Below, in pieces: positions 1 to 11,894 of a stretch of DNA of 64,000 bases (position 1 is its first letter; each line of letters begins with the position of its first letter). Below the pieces are notes generated by a model. That model made no database searches and was not told the origin of the DNA. It worked only from the letters and a program-made list of their open reading frames with translations. Origin of the DNA: Octopus vulgaris (lineage: Eukaryota); the NCBI GenBank assembly GCA_951406725.2, contig OX597823.1:84134001-84198000 (forward strand), in the 5' to 3' direction. A program made the translations under genes and the position numbers.

Positions 1-572
1 CATAAACATAGGCTAAACTATAATAGAGGGTCAAGAACAGGTGTCTTGCTGCAAGGGAGATGTATGGTTATCCTAGTTGGAAGAGGAGGAGGAGGATGGG
101 GATGAGGATGTGCCAGGGTGTACCCTCAAGTTACAGGAAGGTGAATATAAGACAATTGGTGTGGGTGGGTAAGTTAGTTTGTGAGAGGTGAGTGGCAAGT
201 GGATAGAGGGGAAATGCAGTGAGTTGTAAATGTAGATACAGGTATGGTTGATTGTAAACATCAGTTGGAGAGGAAGGTAGAAGAATTAGGTGTTGGTCAG
301 GGAGGTAATAAGTGGCAACAAAGGTGATGTGAAGTGAGTAATATGTGAGAGAGTGAGTGAGATGCATACAGTGCTTTAAGATTGTAAAGTACAATTTGCG
401 AGCAGTTTAGCTGTTATATCTAGTAGACGGAATGACCCTGTAAAAGCTTCCTTGAAATCTCTGTTTATTCATTATGTAAATTCCGTAATGACATTTTTTT
501 TGCCCACCTCACAAAATTCAAAATTATTTCCTCTTTAAATGATTTCTTTTTCATATTTATTTCTTACAACAG

Positions 573-669
573 AAACCTTCTAACGAGAAGGTTTATCTGT
601 CGGGCTATGCTGTTGAACTCGCAATAAAAAGCACAGAATACAAAGCAAAAGATGATACGAAAGTTGAAG
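573..669 (+). CDS. UGGT1: UGGT exon 1 in window
   Basis: acaacAG|KPSNEKVYLSGYAVELAIKSTEYKAKDDTKVE|GTAAGT; ends phase 1. Confidence 0.95.
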
Positions 670-780
670 GTAAGTCAAATGGTTTCCATTATTATCAGAT
701 TTAGTATGGCAATGAGCTGGTAGAATTGTTAACATGCCTGGTGTAAAATGCTTGGCAGCATTTTGTTTACTGTATGAGTT

Positions 781-1092
781 TGTGGAGGCACATGGCCTAG
801 TGGTTAGAGCTGCGGACTCGCAGTCGAGGGATCGCGGGTTCGAATCTCAGACTGGGCCATGTGTGTGTTTATGAGTGAAGCGCCTAAGCTCCATGTGGCT
901 CCGGCAGAAGGTAATAGTGAACTTTTGCTGACTCTTTCGCCACAACTTTCTCTCACTCTTTCCTCCTGCATCTTGCAGCTCACCTGCGACAGACCGGCGT
1001 CCCGTCCAGGTGGGGAACCTATACACCAAGGAAACCGGGAAATTGGCCCTTATGAGCCAGGCGTGGCTTGAGAAGGAACAAACAAAACAAAC
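781..1092 (+). mobile_element. tRNA-derived V-domain SINE inserted in a Meta-SINE
   Basis: A-box TGGCCTAGTGG, B-box GGTTCGAATC, V-like CCTGCGAC..CCCGTCCAGG..GAAACCGG, AAAC tail, TGAGTT duplicated at the flanks; two more copies in the window. Confidence 0.75.
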
Positions 1093-1762
1093 TGAGTTCA
1101 ATTTCCACTAAGGTTGAGATTGCCCTGTGTTGATAAAACAAATGCTGGTGGAGTATTGGAGTCGATGTAATCAACTCGCCATCTTCCACCACCGAAAAAA
1201 GGGAGAAGAATTTCAGGCATTGTACCTGTAGTGGAAAGGATTATCAGCAGCTTTAGTAATGGGATAAGCTGGCATAATCGTTTATTGGACAAGATGCTCA
1301 GTGGCATTTCTTCAAACTCATTTCCTTCTGAGTTCAGATTTCACCAAAGTTGACTTTGCTTTCCATCCCACTAGAGTCAATAAAACAAGTACCAGTCACG
1401 CACTGGGGTCAGTGTCATCAACTTGCCCTCTTCCCTACCAAAGCTAAAAAGAATTATCATCGCTTTAATAGGGCAGCAAACTGGTAGATCCGTTAGTGCA
1501 TTGGACAAAATCTATAGCAATATTTCCTCTGATTCTTTATTTTCTGAATTCCAGTTGCACTGGGTTCAACTTAGCTTTTCATCCCCCTCGCAGTCATAAT
1601 TTTACATTTGATTGGTTACCAACCCCGTGGTTTCCAACCACATGGTTTCTGGTTCAAGCTCACTGCATGGCACTTAGGATATGTGTCTTCTACTATAGCC
1701 CCTGTTTAACCAAAGCTTTATGTGTGGATTTAGTGGGGACAGAAACTGAAAGAAACCTGTCT

Positions 1763-1801
<39 letters not shown>

Positions 1802-2012
1802 ATCATCATCATTTAACATCTGTTGTCCATGCTGGCATGGATTGGACAGTTTGACCAGTTTGCATTTAAAAGGGTTCGTGAGCTTCTTTTTTTTTTTTTT
1901 GCATTTATAAAAGCTTTATATTTTCTTTATGAAATCTTGTACGTTTCAAGATTCTAGTATTTCTTTATGCATTTTATTTTAGTTACATATTTTAAATATT
2001 CATGTGTTTTAG

Positions 2013-2088
2013 ATGAAAAGGCTAAAGCATCTGAAGAAAATGCTAACTGGGAAGAAGAACTGAAAGGTTTTAACTTCAAAATGCTCTC
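2013..2088 (+). CDS. UGGT1: UGGT exon 2
   Basis: ttttAG|DEKAKASEENANWEEELKGFNFKMLS|GTAAGT; phase 1 to 2. Confidence 0.88.
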
Positions 2089-2136
2089 GTAAGTATTTTA
2101 CACAGGTTTATTTTTTATCAACAAAGACTTTTGTCC

Positions 2137-2169
2137 ACCCTCATAGCTCAGTTGGTAGAGCATCAGACT
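2137..2169 (+). pseudogene. 5' half of a tRNA-Lys-like sequence fused to an RTE tail
   Basis: ACCCTCA-TA-GCTC-AGTTGGTA-GAGC-A-TCAGA-CT corresponds to tRNA positions 1-33; no anticodon or T arm. Confidence 0.7.
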
Positions 2170-2500
2170 GCGTGATCGTTACCGCGTTGCCTTACTAGCG
2201 CTTGTGCTGGTGGTACGCGAAACATTCGAGCGAGGTCGTCGCCAGTGCTGCTGGACTGGCTCCTGTGCGGGTGGCACGTAAAAAGCACCATTTGTGCATG
2301 GCTGTTGCCAGTACCACCAAACTGGCCCTCGTGCCGGTGACACGTAAAAGCACCCACTACACTCTTGGAGTGGTTGGTGTTAGGAAGGGCATCCAGCTGT
2401 AGAAACTCTGCCTGATCAGATTGGAGTCTGGTTCGCCAGACCTCAGTCAAATCGTCCAACCCATGCTAGCATGGAAAGCGAACGTTAAATGATGACGATG
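2170..2500 (+). mobile_element. RTE-type LINE 3' end, (GAT)n tail
   Basis: AAAAGCACCCACTACACTC..GAGTGGTTGG..AGGAAGGGCATCCAGCTGTAGAAAC..CCAACCCATGCTAGCATGG; about 20 homologous copies in the window. Confidence 0.75.
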
Positions 2501-2804
2501 AAAGAAAAGAATGTTTATTATTATATAATGGTCAATTATTCCTGCAATCGTTTATTTGGCATATTCTTTAATATCTCCATAACATAACTTAACCCAATTA
2601 TTATATTTTCATTGAAATTCACTGATTTTATTTCAGTTAGTTTTGAAAATAACAAAGAATTTAATAAAATTTAGTAGAATTTATAAATTTTGATGCAAGG
2701 TAGAATTTAGATCTTTAAATCAGGGTGTCTTTTTTGTAGAACCAGGGGCAGTCTCGGGAGGTTTGGCATCAGACAGGATAGTATGGTGTGTCCACTTTCT
2801 TTTA

Positions 2805-3034
2805 TTCTTTCATTTGTTTCAGTCATTTGACTGCGACCATGCTGGAGCACCGCCTTTAGTTGGGCAAATTGACCCCATGACTTATTCTTTGTAAACCTAG
2901 TATTTATTCTATTAGTCTCTCTTGCCGAACCACTAAGTGACGGGGATGTAAACACACCAGCATCAGTCATCAAGCGATGTTGGGGGAACAAACATAGACA
3001 CACAAACTTACACACACACTCACATGCATGCACG

Positions 3035-3073
<39 letters not shown>

Positions 3074-3237
3074 TATGGGCTTCCTTCAGTTTCCGTCCAC
3101 CAAATCCACTCACAAGGCTTTGGTTGGCCCGAGGCTATAGTAGAAGACACTTGCCCATGGTGCCATGCAATGGGATTGAACCTGGAACCATGTGGTTGGT
3201 AAGCAAGCTACTTATCACACAGCCACTCCTACGCCTA
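2805..3237 (-). mobile_element. tRNA-head CORE-type SINE (family A)
   Basis: A/B-box head, GGCACC(T/A)TGGGCAAGTGTCTT core, central TA/CA microsatellite; more than 12 copies in the window. Confidence 0.75.
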
Positions 3238-3574
3238 TTTGTATTTAGCATTTAGTCTTTGGCTCATTGTGGAATTGTATCTTTGTTGTGTGTATTGAAT
3301 GGTTGTCAGTCTAATGGAACTTGCTTTATTTCTCATAGTATAGATTTGGTATTGTTTATTAAGAATACATTTGTTAATTTTCCATTTGTTTGTATTGTAA
3401 AATTGATATAAAAGGCTGGGGAAAATTAGCTTATTTTGAATAAAAGATGTCAAGTTGAGCAAATACTAACTGGGGAACATTGGGAATCTTGCTGGATTTG
3501 GTAGACAGAAACTGAAAGAAGTTCCTCGTCTGTGTGTGTTTTCTTTTACCTTTGGCAATGAGATTCATAGAAGC

Positions 3575-4140
3575 ATTAACTGTGAGGCTGAACTCGTGAA
3601 AAGACTTGGACTCATTGGACAGGGGTGTTTGGGGCTGCCAGTATCTGTGCAGGAGGACAAAGGTCTTTAGGTCTATGATCCTCCCTTCCTGCTCTAGAGT
3701 TGTGAGACTTGGACAGTCCGGAGACCTTAGGGGGTCACCCGAACTCCTTTGGTACCAGGATGCTTCACAAGATTATGGGTTACTATTAGTCAGATTTCGC
3801 ATCCAACTGGCAATTCTACTCAGCAACTAGGATGCCTCCTATCACTTATATGATTCAGAAGGACCAACTCAGACTGGTTGGCCATGTTTCTTGATTTTCT
3901 GTGTGAGTCCCTACTTACCATGATCTCTTCACTGAGGATCTGGCTGGGTTGACAACTTGTGTTAGTCCATCATATGGTCTTGGCAGATGAGGAAGTATTT
4001 TATGAAGATGGGGACTGACTGGAACTCTGCTTGACAGACAAGTCACCTAAGTGGACCCAGGAATATACCAACAAACGGTGAATGCAGCAACATGCTCCAG
4101 TGGTGCATGTCCCTATGCATGACCTGACTGTCATACAAAT
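3575..4140 (+). mobile_element. Decayed RTE-like LINE ORF fragment
   Basis: Disrupted frame includes QLRLVGHVS, resembling the RTE LR.FGHV.R motif; boundaries approximate. Confidence 0.45.
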
Positions 4141-4308
4141 GATGCTATTCATTTCCAGTCTCCCATGAAAGACATGTTTGGCCATGGGGAAATATTAACT
4201 TTGCTTGGAAACAAGTGAAGGTTGGTGACAGGAAGGGCACCCAGCTGTAGAAAAACCTGCCCCAACAACAAATTCCGTCTGACCCATGCAAGCATGGAAA
4301 TGTAGATA

Positions 4309-4660
4309 CTCTTTTACTTGCTTCAGTCATTTGACTATGGCCATGCTGGAGCACCACCTTTAGTTGAGCAAATCAACCTCAGGATTTATTCTTTGTAAGC
4401 CTAGTACTTATTCTATCTGTCTCTATTGCCAAACCACTAAGTTACAGGAACGTAAACACACCGGCATCATTGTCAAGTGATCTTGGGGGGGGGGAGCAAA
4501 TACAGACACACATACATATATACGATGGGCTTCTTTCAGTTTCCGTCTACCAAATCCACTCACAAGGCTTTGGTTGGCCCGAGGCTATAGTAGAAGACAC
4601 TTGCCCAAGGTGCCATGCAGTGGGACTGAACCTGGAACCATGTGGTTGGTAAGCAAGCTG
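4309..4660 (-). mobile_element. CORE-type SINE family A
   Basis: Homologous to 13088-13520. Confidence 0.75.
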
Positions 4661-4796
4661 TCTACTTTTATTTCATATAACTTTAGTGATGACAGGATTG
4701 CTGGTGAATGAAGCTCCATGTATTTTAAAGAATCCTCTGATGATAATAAGTTGAATCAATATAGATTTCCTTCTTTGGTATTTTGATTTATTTCAG

Positions 4797-4897
4797 ACAG
4801 CTCTATCCTGATTTAATACCTCAGCTAAGGGAATTTCATGACTACCTCTTAGATACAGCCACAGAACTCACACCTATGAAAGTCTGGCAGTTACAAG
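4797..4897 (+). CDS. UGGT1: UGGT exon 3
   Basis: tttcAG|QLYPDLIPQLREFHDYLLDTATELTPMKVWQLQ|GT; phase 2 to 1. Confidence 0.93.
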
Positions 4898-4974
4898 GTT
4901 TGTTCTTTTATACTTTTGCATGTTTAACTGATGACGTTTCACATTTTAATTTCATACAGCTGTTTTGTGCATTA

Positions 4975-5201
4975 TTAACCCTTTAGTGTTCGCATTATTC
5001 TGCCAAAATTAATCCTTTTTTATCCACATTGCCTTGAACTAATCAGGCATTATCTTGGTGCTATGAGATTTTGATGAGGTAGCTGTTAATTTTTAAAACG
5101 ACATTGTAGGGTTGGTGTGAGAGACCAGATCTGGCCAGTTTGAACATAAGACAGGCAGAATACTTTTGGCCGGATGGCCGGTTTAAATGCTAAAGGGTTA
5201 A
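4975..5201. mobile_element. piggyBac-like MITE
   Basis: TTAA-CCCTTTAG...GCTAAAGGG-TTAA termini; related copies near 6626-7053, 8557-8781, 16188-16414, 24686-24901, 41409-41912, 55976-56203. Confidence 0.75.
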
Positions 5202-5726
5202 ATATGTTTATTGTTTGAAACGAAATTTTAAAATAAAATTCTCTAGCAATTAATTTAGATTGTGTTCCAAATATGGCATAGTTTTAGGTTAATTTTAAAT
5301 ATATTATATATCAATACAATGCTATTATGATCCCTATTTTATTAATGTTTGTGTAATGAAGACCTTGTTTGTAGTAAAAATAAATAGGCACAGGAGTGGC
5401 TGTGTGGTAAGTGGCTTGCTTACCAGCCACATAGTTCTGAGTTCAGTCCCACTGCGTGGCACTTTGGGCAAGTGTCTTCTACTGTAGCCTCGAGCCGACC
5501 AAAGCCTTGTGAGTGGATTTGGTAGAATAAATAACCATTACATTTGATAGAGCAGTCTGAATGCTAAAGGGTTAACTTGGAATTTTTAATGAATGGTTTT
5601 AATTTAGATCATTTTAAATTAACTTTGTATCATGGCACCAGTGTCAGTTTAGGATGGGTTGGTATCAAAGGGGTTTATGAGAAATAATCAGGCAGTTCAC
5701 TGTTCCTCTTGATTCCTTCATTCCAG

Positions 5727-5826
5727 ACCTTAGTTTACAAGCTGCTCAAAAAGCCATATTAACGCCACCCAAAGATGCTCTGAGTGTCCTGCAGACCATC
5801 AGTCAAAATTTCCCAGTTCAAGCAAG
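5727..5826 (+). CDS. UGGT1: UGGT exon 4
   Basis: DLSLQAAQKAILTPPKDALSVLQTISQNFPVQAR; phase 1 to 2. Confidence 0.93.
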
Positions 5827-6784
5827 GTTTGTCATTTTGTTTTTTGGTTGCATGTTTAAACTTTTTTTTTCTTTCTGTAAATTTTAAACTGTAGTATAAA
5901 ATATGAATTGCAATATAAAATATATAAATATAATAAACGATGGTATAACGCTCATATAATAGACATTACTATTTTTATCTCTCAAATTCCACTTCAGTTA
6001 CTCTCATTCACCTTTGTGGAATGCATGGCTGCCACATATCTCCTCAACCACAACCAACTGCTTTTGGTTCCTCTGTCATAGTTTAACTTCTTAGCATTTA
6101 GCATAAAGCCACTTTCCTCTCAACTATGCTTTCACTCTGTTGAGCATAATTGTTGCCAGTGCCGCCTGACTGGCTCCCATGTCGGTGGCACATAAAAATG
6201 CCTCATTCAAGCGTGGTCGATGCCAGTATCATCTGACTGGCCCTTGTGTCGGTGATACGTAAAAAGCACCCACTACACTCTCAGAGTGGTTGGCATTAGG
6301 AAGGGCATCCAGCTGTAGAAACCTTGCCAGACCAGACTGGAACTTAGTACAGCCTCCTGGCTTACCACTCCTCAGTCAAACCGTCCAACCCATGCCAGCA
6401 TGGAAAGCGAACATTAAACAATGATGATGATGTTGATGAAGGGATGTGAGTTGCATGGTATCTTCACTAGTCCTGATGTCACAATAAAAGCACTCTTTAC
6501 ACTCTGCATGTATTGAGTAGTTGGCATTAGGAAGACATCCAGCTGTAGAACCCATACCAAAACAGACGTTGGAGATTGACACAGTCCTTCAACTCATCAA
6601 ATCCTGCCAGCATGGAAGATGAACCTCGACCCTTTAGCATTCAGGTTACTCTGTCAAATGTAATGCTTATTTATTCACATTGTTTTGTTTTAATCATTTA
6701 TTTTCTTTTACTTTTGAGATTTTGATGTGATTTTATCTTAAGAATAACATTGTATGCATTTTGTATGTGTATGTGTGTATATAT

Positions 6785-6955
6785 TGGCACATAAAAAGCA
6801 CCTATTACCCTCTTGGAGTGGTTGGCGTAGGAAGGGCATCCAGCAGTAGAAACATTGCCAGATCGGATAGGAGCCTGGTGTAGCCTCCTGGCTTGCCAGT
6901 CCTCAGTCAAACTGTCTAGTCCATGCTAGCATGGAAAGCAGATGTTAAATGATGA
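6785..6955 (+). mobile_element. RTE 3' end inside a piggyBac-like MITE
   Basis: Homologous to 2340-2500. Confidence 0.7.
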
Positions 6956-7053
6956 TTGTAGGGTAGGTGTGAGGGGCCAGATCTGGCCAGTTTAAATATA
7001 AAAAAGGTAGAATATTTGGGCCAGATACAGCCACTTTACATGCTAAAGGGTTG

Positions 7054-7055
<2 letters not shown>

Positions 7056-7093
<38 letters not shown>

Positions 7094-7285
7094 GTTTAAT
7101 GTCCGCTTTCCATGCTAGCATGGGTTGGGCCATTTGACTGAGGGCTGGCGAACCAGATGGTTGCACCAGGCTCCAATCTGATCTGGCAGAGTTTCTACAG
7201 CTGGATGCCCTTCCTAACGCCAACCACTCCAAGAGTGTAGTGGGTGCTTTTACGTGTCACCAGCACGGGGGCCAGTCAGGCAGTA
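7056..7285 (-). mobile_element. RTE 3' end
   Basis: (CAT)n followed by the reverse complement of the RTE tail. Confidence 0.75.
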
Positions 7286-7938
7286 ATAAACTAGCTTGAC
7301 CCATGAAGATTCCACCTTTTATAAATTTTTTTTTTTTTTCAAATCTGATACATAGGTTTTATAGATGTTTGTAACATTGTTTTGTTACCTTAACGATTAT
7401 GATTACGATTTATGTCTTCCATTCCCTAATCATGATAGCTTAAACACTACCATATGAACTTGCTGCTTCACTGTGTTTCGTTGTTAAGGTTGTTTAAAGC
7501 ATAACACCCAACAATGTTGCAGCAAGCAGCAGAATAATTTTATAGATACATCTATCCTTATTTGTGGAGACACATGATTTAGTGGTTCGGGTATTGGGGT
7601 CGTGATCATATGTTTGTGGTTTTAGTTCCTAACCCTCTATTCTCATTTATCACTGATTCATTTGTCAGTGATCTAGGATAACATGATATGCTGCTAATTG
7701 TTATGCTTATCACTAATTAATCTCTGACAATTAGGGTTGATGATCAAAGATTCTACCTAGATAGCAAAGTTGGAGTTCTTAAAACTTTTCCCATTTTCAC
7801 TGAATCATTTCACATCTTTTTTTTTTTTTTTTTTCGAACCAAACACCTGTGATGAATGTAAATGGAAGTATTTTATTATTTGTTTTTTTTTTTTTTTCTA
7901 ATAAGTAATAATTATTTTTAAACAAACTTTTCTTTCAG

Positions 7939-7999
7939 ATCTCTTGTTAGGACATCAGTGTCAAGCGATTTACGCAAGGAAATTTTGAAAAACCAAAAG
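7939..7999 (+). CDS. UGGT1: UGGT exon 5
   Basis: SLVRTSVSSDLRKEILKNQK; phase 2 to 0. Confidence 0.9.
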
Positions 8000-8336
8000 G
8001 TAAATTTCAGAGAAGCCAGTTGCTGGTTTATATTTTTGTGACTCTGAATCATTACAATGTTTGTTTCAATTAGGAACAGTATATTAACTGACTCTTGTTG
8101 ATTACCTATCATTTAGTATTTCTAAGCACACAAAAGCATTTTTCTTTCCTTTTACTTCTATAGTTAAATGATTTTTTTTAACAAAAATTCATTTATAAAC
8201 TTGACCGGCATTTAGGTGAAGTAAAAATTTATATTGTGACATCTTACGAATGTATGTATAAGCTGTTGGTTATTTTAACTTTAGTGATTATTTCTAGCAG
8301 ATTCTATGTTTTTACTGTAATTTCTTCATTCCACAG

Positions 8337-8492
8337 CATTTTGAAAATTACCACAATTTGTCCCCTGGTGAATGTGCCTTGTTTTTGAATGGAATTTCCA
8401 TTGATGTTGAGGTCTATGATATTTACACCATCTTGGACTTAATGCGTTCAGAAGCTGCTGTTATGGAAGGACTCTTCTCTCTTGGAGTCAGG
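8337..8492 (+). CDS. UGGT1: UGGT exon 6
   Basis: HFENYHNLSPGECALFLNGISIDVEVYDIYTILDLMRSEAAVMEGLFSLGVR; phase 0 to 0. Confidence 0.93.
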
Positions 8493-8858
8493 GTATGCAT
8501 TTAATTTGTTATTTATTAGGGTATTGTTTGCCTCAGTTGTTTTTTTTTTTTTTCAATAACCCTTTAGCATTTAAACTGACCATATCTGGTTCCAAATATT
8601 CTACTTAGTTTATGTTCAAACTGGCCAGATCTGGCTTTTCTACCCTATAAAGTCATACAATAAATAAAAAAATTGCGTTTGCAAAATCTCAAAGCTGTGA
8701 AATTACGTTTGATTAATTCAAAACAAATATAAACAAACAACCATAACCTTTGACTGGGTAACCTGAACAATAAAAGGTTAAACCACTCACACGAGGAGAA
8801 AAAGGGTTTTTGTTATGGCACTTTATTTCTTTGTGTGAAGGCACATGGCTTAGTGGTT

Positions 8859-9232
8859 ACTCTTTTACTTGTTTCAGTCATTTGACTGCGGCCATGCTGG
8901 AGCACCGCCTTTAGTCGAGCAAATCGACTCCAGGACTTATTCTTTGTAAGCCTAGTACTTATTCTATCGGTCTCTTTTCACCGAACCGCTAAGTTACGGG
9001 GACCTAAACACACCAGCATTGGTTGTCAAGCGATGTTGGGGGGACAAACACAGACACACAAACATATATACATACGACGGGCTTCTTTCAATTTCCATCT
9101 ACCAAATCCACTCACAAGGCTTTGGTCGGCCCGAGGCTATAGTAGAAGACACTTGCCCGAGGTGCCACACAGTGGGACTGAACCTGGAACCATGTGGTTG
9201 GTAAGCAAGGTACTTACCACACAGCCGCTCCT
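8859..9232 (-). mobile_element. CORE-type SINE family A, near full length
   Basis: Reverse complement of 13088-13520. Confidence 0.8.
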
Positions 9233-9234
9233 GC

Positions 9235-9545
9235 TGTGGATTAGAGTATTCAGCTTATGATCCTAAGTTCATAAGTTCAATTCCTAGTGGTGTGCTGTGC
9301 CTTTAAACGAAATGCTTTATTTCATGTTGTTTCAGTTCCATTCAGTTGGCCAAAATGAGTTGTACCTGTAATTCAAAGGGGCCAGCTTTGTCACATTCTG
9401 TGTCTGACTGAATGTCTCTGAGAACTACACTAAGGGTACACATGTCTGTGGAAAGCTCAGCCACCTGCAGGTTGAAATTCACAAGCAAGCTTTTCCATTG
9501 CTTGGATAGCTGGGATCCTTATTGTTGCAACCAACGGAGTGGCAA
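9235..9545 (+). mobile_element. Second CORE-type SINE family
   Basis: Homologous to 44445-44775 (AAAATGAGTTGTACCTG..CTGAGAACTA..AAGGGTAC..CTCAGCCAC). Confidence 0.6.
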
Positions 9546-10242
9546 TTATTTTTTTGTGGCTTCTGAGACTGATTTAAAGCTGGGAGGAAGTTATCTTTGA
9601 TGGAAGTAAGTATTGGGGTTGATGACAAGCATTTGTGCCTTTAAATGATGGGTGCTCCATTATGGCCATTATAATTACTTGAAGATGGTGATTGGACAGC
9701 AAAATTGACAGAACATCAAACAAAATGCCTTCTAATATTTAGTTAGGTGCTTTTATGTACTGTGTTCAAATTCTGGCCAGGTCCACTTTGCCTTTTGTCC
9801 CTCTGAGGTCAAGAAAATAAAATATCTAGACAAAACAGCACCTCTGGCCCATGCCGAAGGCACGTAAAAAGCACCCACTACACTCTTGGAGTGGTTGGCA
9901 TTACGAAGGGCATCCGGCTGTAGAAACACTGCCAGATCAGATTAGGGCCTGGTGCAGCCTCCTGTGTTCCCAGACCCCAGTCGAACCGTCCAACCCATGC
10001 CAGCATGGAAAGCAGACGTTAAATGATGATGATGATGATGAAAGTATTGAGAGGGCAAGAGTCGATGTAATCAACCACACTTTTCATGAAAGTGCTCCAG
10101 CATGGCCACAGCTTAATGACTCATAGCCATAAAAGGATAAGTTGACATATTTCAGTATTTTAAAGTTTACAGTGTTTCTGTGAAATCCATTTTGTTTGCT
10201 TTTAAATTTACATTTTAATTAATTTCTTAATTTTTCTTTTAG

Positions 10243-10329
10243 GAGGAAAGTTTAAATAAACTGGTGAAACTGGATTTAAAAAACAGCGGTGATGATTATG
10301 TCTTGGATTTCCGGCATCCTTCCGTCATG
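10243..10329 (+). CDS. UGGT1: UGGT exon 7
   Basis: EESLNKLVKLDLKNSGDDYVLDFRHPSVM; phase 0 to 0. Confidence 0.9.
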
Positions 10330-10446
10330 GTAAGGCACCATCTCAGTTTCTATTTAGTGATGTTCCATTGTTGAATTCTCTCTATTTATCTTTATTTGTG
10401 TCTTTGTTTCCCTTATGAAATAATACTAATAAAGCTGAGTTCTAAT

Positions 10447-10875
10447 TGTGGAGTGTACCTGTGGAAAGGGTAGTCCCAGGAAGACCAGGATTGAAGTGGT
10501 AAGAAAAGATCTTCAGACGTTAGGCCTCACTGAGGAAATGACAAAGGACTGGAAGATGTAGCAATCTGCTGTACTCAATAAGACACGTCAAGCTAAGAAA
10601 AATCACTGTCTTCCACATATACAGGCATGTCCCCCAGGTACTGCAGGTGCCACTTAAAAAGCACCTGTGCCGGTGCTATGTAAACGCACCTGTGCTGGTG
10701 GAATGTAAAAAGCACCCACCACACTAAGCGTAGTTGGTATTAGGAAGGGCATCCAGCTGTTGAAACCATGCCACAACAGACAATTGGAGTCTGGATAACT
10801 CCCTGCTACCCAGCTCCATGTCAAACCATCCAACCCATGCCAGCATTGAAAGCGGACATTAAATGATGAGGATGA
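10447..10875 (+). mobile_element. RTE LINE 3' fragment with ORF C-terminus
   Basis: GKGSPRKTRIEVVRKDLQTLGLTEEMTKD, like RTE GRP.KTW..VV..DL, followed by the shared tail; links the abundant tail to an RTE ORF. Confidence 0.75.
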
Positions 10876-11077
10876 TATATATGTGGCAGGATTGGTAATA
10901 TGGATGGTGTGTGAGTCTTCAATCATGAACATATTTTTTTTTCCATGTTTCCCTGAATTTTTTGATTCTTGTTATTTTCAATGAAAATTTTTTGTAAGGT
11001 CTGAAAAATCCTTGATGTTATTTTCTGATGACGATGATGATGCTGATTTTTTTCTCTCTTTCTCTCTCTTTTTCCAG

Positions 11078-11197
11078 TATGTAAATGATTTGGAAAAGGA
11101 CGTAAAATACCGGCGCTGGCCTAACAGCATTCAAGAAATGTTGAGACCCACTTTTCCTGGAATGTTAAGGCACATTGCTAAGAATATTTTCCATATG
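11078..11197 (+). CDS. UGGT1: UGGT exon 8
   Basis: YVNDLEKDVKYRRWPNSIQEMLRPTFPGMLRHIAKNIFHM; phase 0 to 0. Confidence 0.95.
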
Positions 11198-11894
11198 GTA
11201 TGTAGTACTCTTTCTGTCCATTTACTGATTTCAAGCTTTGAACCACGGCCATGCTGGAGCACTGCCTGCAAGCCTTTTCATTTGTTATGTCAGTCTCAGT
11301 ACCTAGCTTATTCTTCTCGATTTATATATAATATATAATGCACCTGTTGTAGTCAGTGCTCAGGTGCACGACGATTGATCAGAAAAAGTAATCAAAAGTG
11401 CATGAACAGTATGTAGAATATGCATGGGAAGTGAACCGTGAAAAAGTATTTAAAAAAACAAGAAACAAATAGCTAAGTATAGATTAGTGTAAAGAACTAT
11501 AAGCCCAGATGAAATAAATATGGCAAGTTACTTTTATTCTTTTTCTAGCAATCCCTTAATACATACACATACACACATGCACAATCATATCATTTTTAAC
11601 CCCTACTTCTCTTCCCTGTTTGCATGGGTGAGATGGAATTGAGGCATATTTTTTACATTTTACTTGCCCTTCTTGTCATCAACCCTCACTTGTCTCCAAG
11701 CAACATGTTATTTTCACAGAAAATTATAAATAAATGGCTTCGCTTGTTTGATGGTAACGCCTGTGTATTACTATCATGCAATATCAAGGAAAGGGAAAAT
11801 ATCAAGGAAAGCACACACACACACACATAAATTTATTCTTAAACATTCAGTGTCCTCCTTGGGTGCTGCAAAAATTGACAGAATTACACAGAGA

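Noticed and set aside
781-852. tRNA gene
   Set aside because: SINE head: no complete cloverleaf, and it continues into a body repeated three times in the window.
4686-4740. C/D snoRNA-like boxes GTGATGA...CTGA
   Set aside because: Only 55 nt, no terminal stem, and TGATGACAGGATT recurs near 56483, suggesting a repeat.
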